Source of the DNA: a bacterium
Lineage (GTDB): Bacteria > Patescibacteriota > Microgenomatia > Daviesbacterales > UBA10151
NCBI GenBank assembly: GCA_021786315.1
Contig: JAJYNN010000003.1
Coordinates: 3,360 to 67,359 of the forward strand
Reading direction: 5' to 3'
Length of the DNA stretch: 64,000 bases
Made by a program: the position numbers and the translations under genes
Notes under the pieces: generated by a model
Told to the model about the DNA's origin: nothing
The model's database searches: none
What the model saw: only the letters and a program-made list of their open reading frames with translations
In this document: one piece after another, positions 10,527-19,922 of the stretch
Numbering within the stretch: position 1 is the first letter of the stretch
Layout: each line of letters starts with the position of its first letter

Positions 10527-11846
10527 CTATCTTAAGGTAGATAACCTGACATCAACCCTTTCCATATCTCTTGGAAAAAGTGACGCTTCACGAATATTGG
10601 ACAACTCCAGAAGATGCATGGTAATTCTCTCCAGTCCAAAAGAAAACCCTCCTTCGGGAGGCATACCATATTTAAAAGCCTGGAGATACATTTCAAAATT
10701 TTTTGGGTCCATCCCCCGTTCTTTAATTGTTTCTACCAACTGTTGGTAGTCATTAATCCTTTGGCTTCCGCTGCTAATTTCCAATCCCCTAAACAAAAGA
10801 TCGTAGCTTAAGCTAAACTCCGGATCTTCCGGATCCGGCAGCGTATAAAAAGCCCTCTTTTTTGTCGGGAAATGAGTGATGGTCACTAAGTCACTTCCGT
10901 GTTCTTTTAAGGCCCATTTACAAATATCTACCTCATCCTGTGGTTCCAAATCTTTCTCTCCGCGGTTATCCCTTCCGGTTTCTTGATAAATAATTTCTTG
11001 AGCCTCCCTTAATGTTAATCTGGGAGTTTTCCCAAACTTTGGTCTTTCGACGTTAAATCTTTCCAAAATATCGCTGCAATTTTTTGCCGCTTCATCAATG
11101 GTGGCAATGGCTATATTTTCCAGAAAATCCAATAAATCGTTGAAATCTACAAAACCGAATTCGCAATCCATTTGGGTAGACTCAGTTAAGTGACGTGTAG
11201 TGACAGATGGCTCGGCCCGGTAAGCTTTGGCGACAGTAAATACTCTTTCAAAAACCGGAATCATCATCTGTTTATACAGCTGTGGGCTTTGGGTTAAAAA
11301 ACCTTTGTATCCAAAATAATTTACCTGAAATACTTCAGCTCCGCCTTCAGTAGAGGCAGCGGCAATAGTAGGAACCACTATTTCTGTGCACTCCAGTTTT
11401 TTTGCAGCATTTCTGAAACCATCGAGTAGCGATGCCTGGACTTTAAAGATGTCTTTTACTTTTGGATATCTTAAAGTTAATGAGCGGTAATCCAAAAGCG
11501 TTGGAAGTTGCAGGTCTAACTCCTTAGCTCCCATATCAAACGGGAGCTCCTGGGCTTTTACCAAAACTTCAACGGATTTTGCCTGGAGTTCGATAGTGCC
11601 GGTCTCCAAATTTGGGTTTACTAACTTCTCCGGCCTCTTGCTGACCTGACCCTCAATACATACAACATCTTGTGGGTGCAAATCACCGGCCAAATCACCT
11701 GTTGCCACAACCTGGATTACTCCGGACCTGTCTGAAATGTCCAGAAAGATAATTTTTCCGTGATCCCGCCGGACTTGCACCCATCCGCAAATCTTCACTG
11801 TTTCATCAATTTTTTTATTGCACTCTAAAATCAAGGTTCTGTCCAT
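10527..11846 (-). CDS. class IIb aminoacyl-tRNA synthetase: archaeal/eukaryotic-type aspartyl-tRNA synthetase or asparaginyl-tRNA synthetase
   Basis: N-terminal OB fold (KIIFLDISDRSGVIQVV). Motif 2 YRAEPSVTTRHLTE. Motif 3 GGFSFGLERITMHLL...FPRD. 439 aa fits the short AspRS/AsnRS forms. Sequence alone does not separate Asp from Asn specificity. Confidence 0.85.
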   Translation of the reverse strand: MDRTLILECNKKIDETVKICGWVQVRRDHGKIIFLDISDRSGVIQVVATGDLAGDLHPQDVVCIEGQVSKRPEKLVNPNLETGTIELQAKSVEVLVKAQELPFDMGAKELDLQLPTLLDYRSLTLRYPKVKDIFKVQASLLDGFRNAAKKLECTEIVVPTIAAASTEGGAEVFQVNYFGYKGFLTQSPQLYKQMMIPVFERVFTVAKAYRAEPSVTTRHLTESTQMDCEFGFVDFNDLLDFLENIAIATIDEAAKNCSDILERFNVERPKFGKTPRLTLREAQEIIYQETGRDNRGEKDLEPQDEVDICKWALKEHGSDLVTITHFPTKKRAFYTLPDPEDPEFSLSYDLLFRGLEISSGSQRINDYQQLVETIKERGMDPKNFEMYLQAFKYGMPPEGGFSFGLERITMHLLELSNIREASLFPRDMERVDVRLSTLR

Positions 11847-11892
11847 GCTCGTTTGATCATACCAACTTGGTCATGTCCTGACAATAGTTCCC

Positions 11893-12687
11893 CTAAGATA
11901 GATCGGCTCTATTTATACTCAGATCCATCGCTCGGTAAACAGCTTTGATTTGGCCCAGTACTTCTCGGAAAGTTGCTGGTGTAATCTGTTGTTTTGCATC
12001 AGAGAGCGCATTCGCAGGGTCAGGATGAACCTCGATTACCAACCCATCTAAACCTGCAGCCACGATAGACCTTGATAAAGCTGGAACTAAATCTGCCCGA
12101 CCGGCAGGATGAGAAGGATCACCGATAACCGGCATCCTCTTATCGTGTTTTACAACCAATGCTCCGTTTAAATCCAAAGTGTATCGGGTAGAATCTGTTG
12201 CTGATCTAATACCCCGTTCACATAAAATCACTCTATCCCGGCCAATATAATCCGCCGACTGGAGCCATTCGTCTATAGTGCAAGACGCACCTCTTTTTAA
12301 GATTACAGGTCTTTGATCTGTACCATTTCCTCTTAAAGCTTTAAGCAGCTCAAAATTTTGCATATTTCTTGAACCGACCCAAGGCACATCAACAACTTCC
12401 ATCGTTGGTTCGATCTGATCCTTATCTACAATTTCAGTAGCAATAATCATTCCGAAATCTTCTTTAATTCTTTGCAACCAAGGAAGTCCAGTCAACCCAA
12501 CACCCTGAAAACTGTCTGGACTGGACCGGGGTTTCCATAATTGGCCTCTCATCACTTTTATCCCCAGATCGTAAAGAGCTGAAGCGACTTTGCGAACTTG
12601 CTCTTCTGTTTCCACCGCACACGGACCGCCTATCACTAAAAATTCACCGTTTTTTATTAAGTTTTCTCTTGTAATTCTTTCTGCCAA
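11893..12687 (-). CDS. DAHP synthase / KDO8P synthase family (DAHP_synth_1, type I-beta) enzyme
   Basis: LVIGGPCAVETEEQV... characteristic of the KDOPS-like DAHP synthase family. Start assigned to TTG (12685-12687), 8 nt after an AGGAGG SD. The ORF-track start at 12696 is a GTG that overlaps the SD. Confidence 0.8.
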   Translation of the reverse strand: MAERITRENLIKNGEFLVIGGPCAVETEEQVRKVASALYDLGIKVMRGQLWKPRSSPDSFQGVGLTGLPWLQRIKEDFGMIIATEIVDKDQIEPTMEVVDVPWVGSRNMQNFELLKALRGNGTDQRPVILKRGASCTIDEWLQSADYIGRDRVILCERGIRSATDSTRYTLDLNGALVVKHDKRMPVIGDPSHPAGRADLVPALSRSIVAAGLDGLVIEVHPDPANALSDAKQQITPATFREVLGQIKAVYRAMDLSINRADLS

Positions 12688-12720
12688 TTTAAACACCTCC
12701 TTTCTTTCTAAATTTTTGCC

Positions 12721-12745
12721 AAAAAAATACCTCCCTTGCGGGAGG
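12721..12745 (-). terminator. intrinsic terminator-like hairpin (CCUCCC-GCAA-GGGAGG + U7-9) in the 5' leader of the DAHP-synthase gene
   Basis: Plus-strand cctcccttgcgggagg at 12730-12745 is preceded by aaaaaaata. On the minus strand this reads as a 6-bp GC stem with a GNRA loop followed by a U-run. It sits about 20 nt before the RBS of the 11893-12687 gene. Confidence 0.6.
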
Positions 12746-12897
12746 CTGTTTTCTGGTTCTCTTTTGGACTATTATCCTATGTCCTTAAGACACCAACCAA
12801 CCCCCCGGAACGGGAAGTAAACCAAAAATATGTAAAGAAAAATTTTGGTTGGTTGGTTGCCATACTGTGCATACTAACATATCAAAAAAATATATCA

Positions 12898-12927
12898 TTG
12901 ACAATAGTTTGCTTTTCTTTTTACAAT
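12898..12927 (+). promoter_or_regulatory. sigma70-like promoter (TTGACA-N18-TACAAT)
   Basis: ttgaca at 12898-12903 and tacaat at 12922-12927 with an 18-nt spacer. It points toward the Leu-rich mini-ORF, a terminator, then the 78-aa ORF. Confidence 0.4.
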
Positions 12928-13081
12928 GTTTGATATCCTAATATTTAACATGAACGGTAATTTATTAATTAACTTAAGCGTTCTTTTGCTTTGCCTCCTT
13001 ACCCTGGTACTCCTTAGAGTGCCAAAGATGGGAGGCCTTTTTAGGTAGATTAAAAAATAAAAACCTAAAGGAAAGAGAGGA

Positions 13082-13105
13082 CCTCCCAAACAGGGAGGTT
13101 TTTTT
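13082..13105 (+). terminator. intrinsic terminator (CCUCCC-AAACA-GGGAGG + U7)
   Basis: cctcccaaacagggagg followed by ttttttt. Lies between the putative promoter at 12898 and the RBS of the 13140 ORF. The stem sequence is nearly identical to the hairpin at 12730-12745. Confidence 0.65.
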
Positions 13106-13139
13106 GTACTTAAAAATAGAGAAAGGAGGAGAAACCTAG

Positions 13140-13376
13140 ATGTCTTTAAGAGAAGCAGAAATTGATATTGCTGACAGGCGATCTAAAATTTTTGAGCTGG
13201 ATATAAAAATTAAGGAACTAAAACAAACAGCCAATGGTTCCTACTCTGAACAGGTAAAAGATATCTTAAATTTAAGGTCAGTTTTATCCAGAGAACAAAG
13301 TAGAGCCAAGCGTTCAGTTAATCAAGAGAATAGGAGACGGGGAAAATGGGGCCGAATTTCTTCGTCTATTTATTAA
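13140..13376 (+). CDS. hypothetical coiled-coil protein (78 aa)
   Basis: Strong RBS AAAGGAGGAG 7 nt before the ATG. Charged coiled-coil-like sequence. Its end overlaps the relA/spoT stop convergently by 4 nt. Confidence 0.45.
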   Translation: MSLREAEIDIADRRSKIFELDIKIKELKQTANGSYSEQVKDILNLRSVLSREQSRAKRSVNQENRRRGKWGRISSSIY

Positions 13377-14806
13377 CTTAGATAATATGCTTTTTTAATT
13401 TTTTTCTTGGCAGTTGCGGTTGCCACAAAGCCTAGCCAGTCCCGGCTGGGCTTTTTGGTATTCTTAGATAAAAGAAGTTCTACCACATCACCATTCTTTA
13501 GTTTAGTGTCCAAAGACACCACTCTATTATTTACCCTGGCACCGGTCACCAAATTCCCCATATCGGTGTGAACCATATAGGCAAAATCTACAGGCGTCGC
13601 GCCCGCCGGCAAATCCTTAACATCACCTTTGGGTGTAAAACAAAAAATTCTGTGGCCAAAAAAGTCAGTTTTGACTGTCTTTAAAAATTCCTCATTATCT
13701 GTTACTTCTTTTTGCCACTCACTCAAACGTTTTACCCAATCAAGTTTTTCAGCGCTGGCAGCAAAGCCTTGGCTAATCTTTTCATCTGATAATCCGCTTT
13801 CCTTTTTCTCGGCGTAATTCCAGTGAGCCGCCAATCCGTATTCCGCTTCTTCGTGCATCTGCCGGGAACGGATCTGAATTTCGAAAGGCAAATCCCCGGG
13901 GCCGTAAACTTTAATGTGGATTGAGCGGTAACCGTTAGGCTTGGGATGGCCGATATAGTCAGAAATCGGCTCCGGAACAGGTTTAAATAGTTTGTTAACT
14001 ATATCAAGTACTTTGTAACATTCTTCTGTATTGGAAGTAATGACCCGAAGCGCAATCAGATCATATATTTTGTTTAGATCTTTTTTAACACCAGGCCGCA
14101 TTAATTTTGTGTAAAGAGAATAAATATGTTTTACCCGGCTTTGAATTTCAGGGTTAATGCCTTCTTTTTTAAAAGAAACTGTTAATCTTCCTTTTATCTT
14201 AAGCAAAGTCTTCCCGAGTTCATCCAAATCATTTTTTGTATACGATCTCACCCACTGATATTCCTTAGGATAAAGGTGCATAAAAGCCAAATCCTGCATT
14301 GTCCCCCGAAGTTCCCCCATACCCAATCTTTCCGCCAAAGGCGCAAATATTTCCAAAGTTTCCCGGGCCACCTCGCTCCTTTTTTCAGGTGTTAAATATT
14401 GAAGGGTAGTTAAATTATCAGTAATATCGGCAAGTTTTACCAAGACAACCCTTAAGTCTTTTGCCAAAACCAAAAACATTTTTCTAAGTTGCTCGCTAAA
14501 CTCTTCCCCGCTGTGGAATTTCAGTTTAATAATGTGGAACTTGTCCATCGACTCCAACATTCCCACAACGTCTTCCCCAAACTCCTTTTTAATATCTTCT
14601 GGGGTTGCCGCTCCGTCAGAGATGCTATGGTGCAAAAGAGCAACTGATAACGTTATCGGATCGCGGACTTTAAATTTCCACAAAATCTCTTCCACCCGCA
14701 GACAATGGTCCACTACGTCTTCTCCGGAAAGCCTCTTTTTCCCGGCTAAAGAAAGGTTTGCAAAGTCAAAAGCTTTTTTAAGTATTGGAGCTGCTAAAAA
14801 GTCCAT
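13373..14806 (-). CDS. relA: short RelA/SpoT-family bifunctional (p)ppGpp synthetase/hydrolase (HD-synthetase-TGS, no ACT domain)
   Basis: HD domain (LLHHSISDG...). Synthetase domain (ALRVITSN...GYRSIHIKVYGP...FEIQIRSRQMHEEAEYGLAAHWNY). TGS domain (RIFCFTPKGDVKDLPAGATPVDFAY...). Confidence 0.88.
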   Translation of the reverse strand: MDFLAAPILKKAFDFANLSLAGKKRLSGEDVVDHCLRVEEILWKFKVRDPITLSVALLHHSISDGAATPEDIKKEFGEDVVGMLESMDKFHIIKLKFHSGEEFSEQLRKMFLVLAKDLRVVLVKLADITDNLTTLQYLTPEKRSEVARETLEIFAPLAERLGMGELRGTMQDLAFMHLYPKEYQWVRSYTKNDLDELGKTLLKIKGRLTVSFKKEGINPEIQSRVKHIYSLYTKLMRPGVKKDLNKIYDLIALRVITSNTEECYKVLDIVNKLFKPVPEPISDYIGHPKPNGYRSIHIKVYGPGDLPFEIQIRSRQMHEEAEYGLAAHWNYAEKKESGLSDEKISQGFAASAEKLDWVKRLSEWQKEVTDNEEFLKTVKTDFFGHRIFCFTPKGDVKDLPAGATPVDFAYMVHTDMGNLVTGARVNNRVVSLDTKLKNGDVVELLLSKNTKKPSRDWLGFVATATAKKKIKKAYYLS

Positions 14807-14812
14807 ATGGAC

Positions 14813-16399
14813 TTAATATTGTACATCGACTACCTTAAGCTGCAACTTTTCGTTTCCGTTAAACCAGTCTATCTCCAAACGGTAGGCCAAATCGACCATC
14901 TGCCCCTCTTTAAGCTGATTAATTAAGTCCCCGAAAGAAAAAGCAATGGCATCAATATTATCCGCCTTAAATTTTAAGTGTTTGCCGTCACCCACAGTGC
15001 GTAATCCTGATACTTTCATACTTCTTGTAACCAGAACCGGTTCCGGGTTACCCACCCCGGTTGGCTCAAACTTATTAAGATCTTCCACTAACTTTTTGCT
15101 CAGTGTTGCCGATAAAATTTCAGCGTCTATTAATAAACTATCTGTTTGGATAATGTCTTCTTTACCCATTGACTCCTCTAACTTTTTTCTAAACTCAGAG
15201 ATTTTTGCAGTTTCCAAAGTAAAACCGGCTGCCTGGGGATGTCCCCCAACATCAATTAAGAGATCTGAAAATTGACGGATGCTTTCGACAATATTTATTC
15301 CCTTAACAGACCTGGCCGAACCTTTGGAAATTGTTTCACCCCGCGAGATAGCAATCGCCGGCATTCCGTATTCTTCAGCAATTTTCCCAGCTACTAGCCC
15401 AATAATTCCGGGTATCCATTCTTCTGATTCTAAAATAATCACTTTTCCGTCAACTTTTTCTAAGGTGGTTTTAGCCTGGGCCACTGCTTCAGTGACCAAT
15501 AACTTTCTTTGGTCATTTGCCGTCCCCAAATCTTTCGCAAGCCTCTCAGCCTTTTCCGGGTCTTTTGTACAAAGCAACCTGACTACATCCAAGGCGTGTT
15601 CCAGTCTTCCCTTTGCATTAAGTCTTGGCCCTAAAATATGGCCCACATGATAAGGAGTAATTTCACTTCCCCAGATACCTGATTCCATAAGTAACGCCCG
15701 AAGCCCTACTCTTTTAGTCCTACTCAATTTTTTTAACCCTTTTTTAACCAATGCCCGGTTTATTCCGATTAAAGGAACCATATCCGCAACTGTGGCCATG
15801 GCCACTAAATCTAAAAGTTCCTCGGATTTTTCCTCATCCAGTAAACTTTTCACCAGACACCAACCAACCGCGCTGCCGCACATTTTAGTAGTATGGACAA
15901 TAGACAATGCCTCAGGTTTTTCTTCCAGGGGAAGGTGATGATCAGTAATAATTAAACCCAGATTCAAGTCTTTGGCAAATTTTGCCGCTTCCAGTGCCAC
16001 AATCCCGTTATCGACAGTGATTACCAAACCAGCCCCCTGATCTTTGACGCTTTGCAATCCCTCTTTGGATAATCCGTATCCCTCTTTTTCCCGGTGGGGG
16101 ATATAGGGTAAAACTTTTCCTCCGACAGCAGTCAACCCTAAATACAAAATTGCTGCCCCGCAAACCCCGTCCACGTCATAATCCCCATAAGCAATAATTA
16201 ATTCTTTATTTTCAATGGCTTTTAAGATTCTTTTTTTGGCAGTTTCAATTCCGGAAAGTTCTAAATCGCTTTTGAATTTTTCAAGATCAGGATTAAAAAA
16301 ATCCTCTATTTCTTCTTTGGTTTTTAGACCCCGGTTAAAAAGTAACTGTTCCGTTAAATCATCGGAATAATGAGGATAAAATTCCCAAGTCTTACTCAT
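14813..16399 (-). CDS. recJ: single-stranded-DNA-specific exonuclease RecJ (DHH/DHHA1)
   Basis: DHH motifs AYGDYDVDGVCGAAILY and LIITDHHLP, then a DHHA1 region. Typical RecJ length. Confidence 0.88.
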   Translation of the reverse strand: MSKTWEFYPHYSDDLTEQLLFNRGLKTKEEIEDFFNPDLEKFKSDLELSGIETAKKRILKAIENKELIIAYGDYDVDGVCGAAILYLGLTAVGGKVLPYIPHREKEGYGLSKEGLQSVKDQGAGLVITVDNGIVALEAAKFAKDLNLGLIITDHHLPLEEKPEALSIVHTTKMCGSAVGWCLVKSLLDEEKSEELLDLVAMATVADMVPLIGINRALVKKGLKKLSRTKRVGLRALLMESGIWGSEITPYHVGHILGPRLNAKGRLEHALDVVRLLCTKDPEKAERLAKDLGTANDQRKLLVTEAVAQAKTTLEKVDGKVIILESEEWIPGIIGLVAGKIAEEYGMPAIAISRGETISKGSARSVKGINIVESIRQFSDLLIDVGGHPQAAGFTLETAKISEFRKKLEESMGKEDIIQTDSLLIDAEILSATLSKKLVEDLNKFEPTGVGNPEPVLVTRSMKVSGLRTVGDGKHLKFKADNIDAIAFSFGDLINQLKEGQMVDLAYRLEIDWFNGNEKLQLKVVDVQY

Positions 16400-16421
16400 G
16401 AACTTAGAAATTGTAGCACAT

Positions 16422-17165
16422 TCAATAAGAGTTCCGAGCTCTTTCCGCTTGTTTAATCAATGGTTTTAAGGCTTTGGGATCGACAAAGAACACTCCTCTG
16501 CCGCCCTCTCTTGCATCAAAACTTAGATATGGAATATCTTTATAGAGACTTACCCCCAAAATTTTCCTAGCAAAACTAGTAGGAGAAAACGAAAGGTAGC
16601 CGCTAAGCACATCTTTATGCGGTGATTGCCGCAAAAGAGCCATTGCTCTCTTAACCCGAAGTCCAATAGCCTGTCTACTAATACCCTCTGTTTTTCCAAT
16701 TTCTTCATAAGTCCTGGGCACACCGTCATCAAGCCCAAAGTGTAACACCAATGTTTCCACTTTTGTCTTGTCACCTTCTAGCACATCAGCCACCTCTTGC
16801 AGCACTGCATCAACACCCATAGCCACTTCTACTTCTCTATCTAATGGGACATAAGATTGTTCCCTACCAAAAATTGCTCCCAATAACCGCGCCTGGTTTG
16901 TTACAGCTAAACCTAACAGCTGTTGGGAGATAGGATTCCTAATTCCTTCAACACCTTCCTTGCTACTTATTACATCAAACGGCACCTCTAAGAGATCGCT
17001 CAGACTTTCCCCCTTATGTCTCCAATCAGGCAAAGTTAAAACCTTCAGCGCTCGCACACGTCCTTCCAAAATATCAGGAAAAATTTTGTAGCCCAAACTG
17101 CCCTCCTCAAAAGGCCAGGAACCTTTAGATAAAATTATTTTTTCAGATTCTATAGCAGTATGCAT
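16422..17165 (-). CDS. hypothetical protein containing a sigma-70 region-4-like HTH
   Basis: LVLHFGLDDGVPRTYEEIGKTEGISRQAIGLRVKRAMALLR matches the sigma-70 region 4 / LuxR-type HTH. The rest of the protein is unrecognised. First gene of the apparent operon with recJ and relA. Confidence 0.6.
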   Translation of the reverse strand: MHTAIESEKIILSKGSWPFEEGSLGYKIFPDILEGRVRALKVLTLPDWRHKGESLSDLLEVPFDVISSKEGVEGIRNPISQQLLGLAVTNQARLLGAIFGREQSYVPLDREVEVAMGVDAVLQEVADVLEGDKTKVETLVLHFGLDDGVPRTYEEIGKTEGISRQAIGLRVKRAMALLRQSPHKDVLSGYLSFSPTSFARKILGVSLYKDIPYLSFDAREGGRGVFFVDPKALKPLIKQAERARNSY

Positions 17166-17256
17166 AATGAACCTATAGTTTACTACTCTTCTCCGCCAAT
17201 TTCAAACTTTATCTTAGCTGCTTGCCCTAAAAAGCTGGTACAGGTAGAATTAAGCC

Positions 17257-18588
17257 ATGGAATACCAATTGCCTGAAAAGGTTCAACAAATCTTAGAAAC
17301 AGTTTCCCAAGCCGGCTTTCAGATTTATATAGTCGGAGGGGCAGTCCGCGACCTTTTGATGGGAAGAGAAATTAACGACTGGGACTTTACCACCGATGCC
17401 AAACCGGAAGAGATATTAAAACTTTTCCCTGACGGATTTTATGACAACAAGTTCGGAACTGTTGGTATACCCTCGGACTTAGGCGTTTTAGAAATTACCA
17501 CCATGAGAAAAGAGGGCATATATAAAGATGCCCGCCACCCTAGCGAAGTTTCCTGGACCAATAAAATCGAAGAGGATTTAGCCCGTCGTGATTTTACCGT
17601 TAACGCTTTGGCGCTATCCCGGGAAAAGATGGTTGACCCTTTTAACGGATGTCAGGATATTGAGAAAAAAAATATCCGGGCCGTTGGCAACCCTGATCAA
17701 AGGTTTAAAGAAGATGCCCTCCGGCTGATGCGAGCCATTAGAATTGCTACCCAGCTGGGGTTTGAAATTGAGGAAAAAACTTTTCAAGCCATCAGGGAAA
17801 ACGCTGAGCTGATTAAGGAAATCTCCGGTGAAAGGATCCGGGATGAACTATTTAAAATTCTTGCATCGCCGAATCCATACATAGGCATTGTAAAACTGAG
17901 GGAAGCGGGGATTTTACAGATTATTTTGCCGGAATTGGAAAGAACGTTCGGTATCTCCCAAGAGGGTCCGAAACATGCCCGAAGTTACGATATCGGAGAA
18001 CATTCCTTCTTAACACTCAAGGAAACACCCACCCAGGATCCCTTGGTACGCTTAGCCGCGTTGCTTCATGATATCGGTAAACCGGATACTGTTGAAGTGG
18101 AGCCTGACGGAAATGTCACTTTTTATAACCACGATGTAGCCGGGGGCAAATTAGTCTGGGAAATTTCCCAACGGTTGCACCTTTCCAAAAAACAATCCGA
18201 TAAACTTTATAAATTAGTCCGCTGGCATCTTTTTTCAGTTGATGAAAAGCAAACCGACGCTGCCATCCGGCGTTTTATTAAAAAAGTCGGCCTGGAGAAT
18301 ATTGAGGATATGATGGCTTTACGGGTTGGGGACAGGTTAGGCGGAGGAACCCAAAAAGCAGTTTCCTGGAGAATGGAAAAGTTTACCGAAAGGATTCATC
18401 AGGTTTTACAAAAACCGTTCACAGTTTCCGACTTAAAAATTTCCGGTAATGATGTTATGCAGACTTTAAAGATCCAGCCGGGACCAAAGGTGGGTGAAAT
18501 TTTAGATACACTCTTTGCCGAAGTCTTAGAAGATGCTTCTAAAAATAATCGCGAGTATCTCCTCAAAAGAATCAAAGAGGTGGCTTAA
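17257..18588 (+). CDS. cca: CCA-adding tRNA nucleotidyltransferase (Pol-beta NTase head + HD domain)
   Basis: YIVGGAVRDLLMGREINDWDFTTDA nucleotidyltransferase head. HD domain GEHSFLT...LLHDIGK. Confidence 0.85.
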   Translation: MEYQLPEKVQQILETVSQAGFQIYIVGGAVRDLLMGREINDWDFTTDAKPEEILKLFPDGFYDNKFGTVGIPSDLGVLEITTMRKEGIYKDARHPSEVSWTNKIEEDLARRDFTVNALALSREKMVDPFNGCQDIEKKNIRAVGNPDQRFKEDALRLMRAIRIATQLGFEIEEKTFQAIRENAELIKEISGERIRDELFKILASPNPYIGIVKLREAGILQIILPELERTFGISQEGPKHARSYDIGEHSFLTLKETPTQDPLVRLAALLHDIGKPDTVEVEPDGNVTFYNHDVAGGKLVWEISQRLHLSKKQSDKLYKLVRWHLFSVDEKQTDAAIRRFIKKVGLENIEDMMALRVGDRLGGGTQKAVSWRMEKFTERIHQVLQKPFTVSDLKISGNDVMQTLKIQPGPKVGEILDTLFAEVLEDASKNNREYLLKRIKEVA

Positions 18589-18618
18589 CAAATCTTAAAG
18601 AAGCGTTACAATAGATTT

Positions 18619-19038
18619 ATGTTCAGGAATTTTTCCTGGTGGAGGTTATATTTTTGGGGAGCCATTACCGGTTTTGCAGTTAGCCTTCCCAACTTAGGCA
18701 CTACTGTAAATTGGGCAATCTCTACCTGGCTCTTAATTGCCACAGAGATTTTTGCCCTCATCGGGCTTTATGCCTTCGCCTTTAAAAGAAAAGTGTTTTC
18801 CAATAAGTTTTGGAGAGCCTTCTTTTGGACAATCCTTATTATCTGGAACCTGCCTATAATTTATTCCCTTTCTCCTCTAAAATACCAATTCCCGCTTCCG
18901 GAGTTTTTAAGTAATTACTTGGTTGTTGATACAGAGTTTTTAACCATACCGGCTTTGGTAATACTGGCCGTAGGTTTGGTATTAAGCATCCCCATTCTTT
19001 ATGCTTTATACAAGGTTGGGTATGCAAAAAAACATTAA
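18619..19038 (+). CDS. hypothetical membrane protein (about 4 TM)
   Basis: Hydrophobic 139-aa ORF. No recognised family. Confidence 0.5.
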   Translation: MFRNFSWWRLYFWGAITGFAVSLPNLGTTVNWAISTWLLIATEIFALIGLYAFAFKRKVFSNKFWRAFFWTILIIWNLPIIYSLSPLKYQFPLPEFLSNYLVVDTEFLTIPALVILAVGLVLSIPILYALYKVGYAKKH

Positions 19039-19922
19039 TGCCCTAGATGTTCTTCCCAGAGAGTAAGAAGCGCTGTGGCATTAAAGATTGAAGAATAAGT
19101 ACCGGAAATAATCCCTACCAAAAGGGCTACCACAAACCATTTAATTGTTTCCCCTCCGAAAAGAAGTAACGCCAAAAGCACAAAAACTACAGTTAGTGAA
19201 GTGTTTAAGGATCTGGCTAAAGTTTGGGCCACAGAGATATTGGCAACTTCGGTAAAGCTCCTTGATAAATACTTGGGAAGATTTTCGCGGATCCGGTCAA
19301 AAACCACAATTGTGTCATGCACGGAAAAACCAATGACTGTTAAAAGCGCGGTAATAAACAGGACATCCACTTCCACCCCGAAAAAGTGGCCCAGGATAGA
19401 AAAAATACCAACTAACGCTAAAACATCGTGCAGCAATGCCGCTACAGCCGTCACACCAAACCTCCAGGAAGATGCCGGTTTAGGGACTTTCCTGAAAGCT
19501 AAAGTCAGGTAGATAACAATCATAACCGAAGCTAATATAACTGCAATAAAAGCATTCCTGGTTGTTTCTCCGCCGATAACCGGGCCAACACTCTCCTGCC
19601 TCACCTCCTGCAGCGGCCCGAACTTTTTCTCCAGCGCCCCTTTCACCTCAGTAATTTTTGCCTGGTCCAGCGGTTTAGTCCTAAAAATATAGGTATCAGT
19701 TCCGGAATCAACAATTGTCGAAACCTCAATCCCTTGAGAGTTTATTTCCTGGCGGGCAGTATTTTTATCAATAGCAGTATTAAACTTATATTCCAAAAGC
19801 GTGCCTCCGGTAAAATCAATGCCTAGACGAAGTCCGTATAAAACAAGAGACACCAGTCCGGGAATAATTACCAGAAGGGATAAAGCAAAAAACCACCATT
19901 TTTTGCCCATTAAATCAGTCAT
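19035..19922 (-). CDS. secF: protein translocase subunit SecF
   Basis: GIDFTGGTLLEYKF and multi-TM RND-like C-terminal half typical of SecF. Confidence 0.9.
   Translation of the reverse strand: MTDLMGKKWWFFALSLLVIIPGLVSLVLYGLRLGIDFTGGTLLEYKFNTAIDKNTARQEINSQGIEVSTIVDSGTDTYIFRTKPLDQAKITEVKGALEKKFGPLQEVRQESVGPVIGGETTRNAFIAVILASVMIVIYLTLAFRKVPKPASSWRFGVTAVAALLHDVLALVGIFSILGHFFGVEVDVLFITALLTVIGFSVHDTIVVFDRIRENLPKYLSRSFTEVANISVAQTLARSLNTSLTVVFVLLALLLFGGETIKWFVVALLVGIISGTYSSIFNATALLTLWEEHLGH

Noticed and set aside
10527-11846. Calling the synthetase specifically asnS or aspS
   Set aside because: Motifs 2/3 fit both class IIb enzymes. Discriminating residues cannot be assigned confidently without an alignment.
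12895-13089. 64-aa minus-strand ORF in the DAHP-synthase/relA intergenic region
   Set aside because: It spans the plus-strand terminator hairpin and promoter. It has no RBS. The region is better explained as leader/regulatory RNA.
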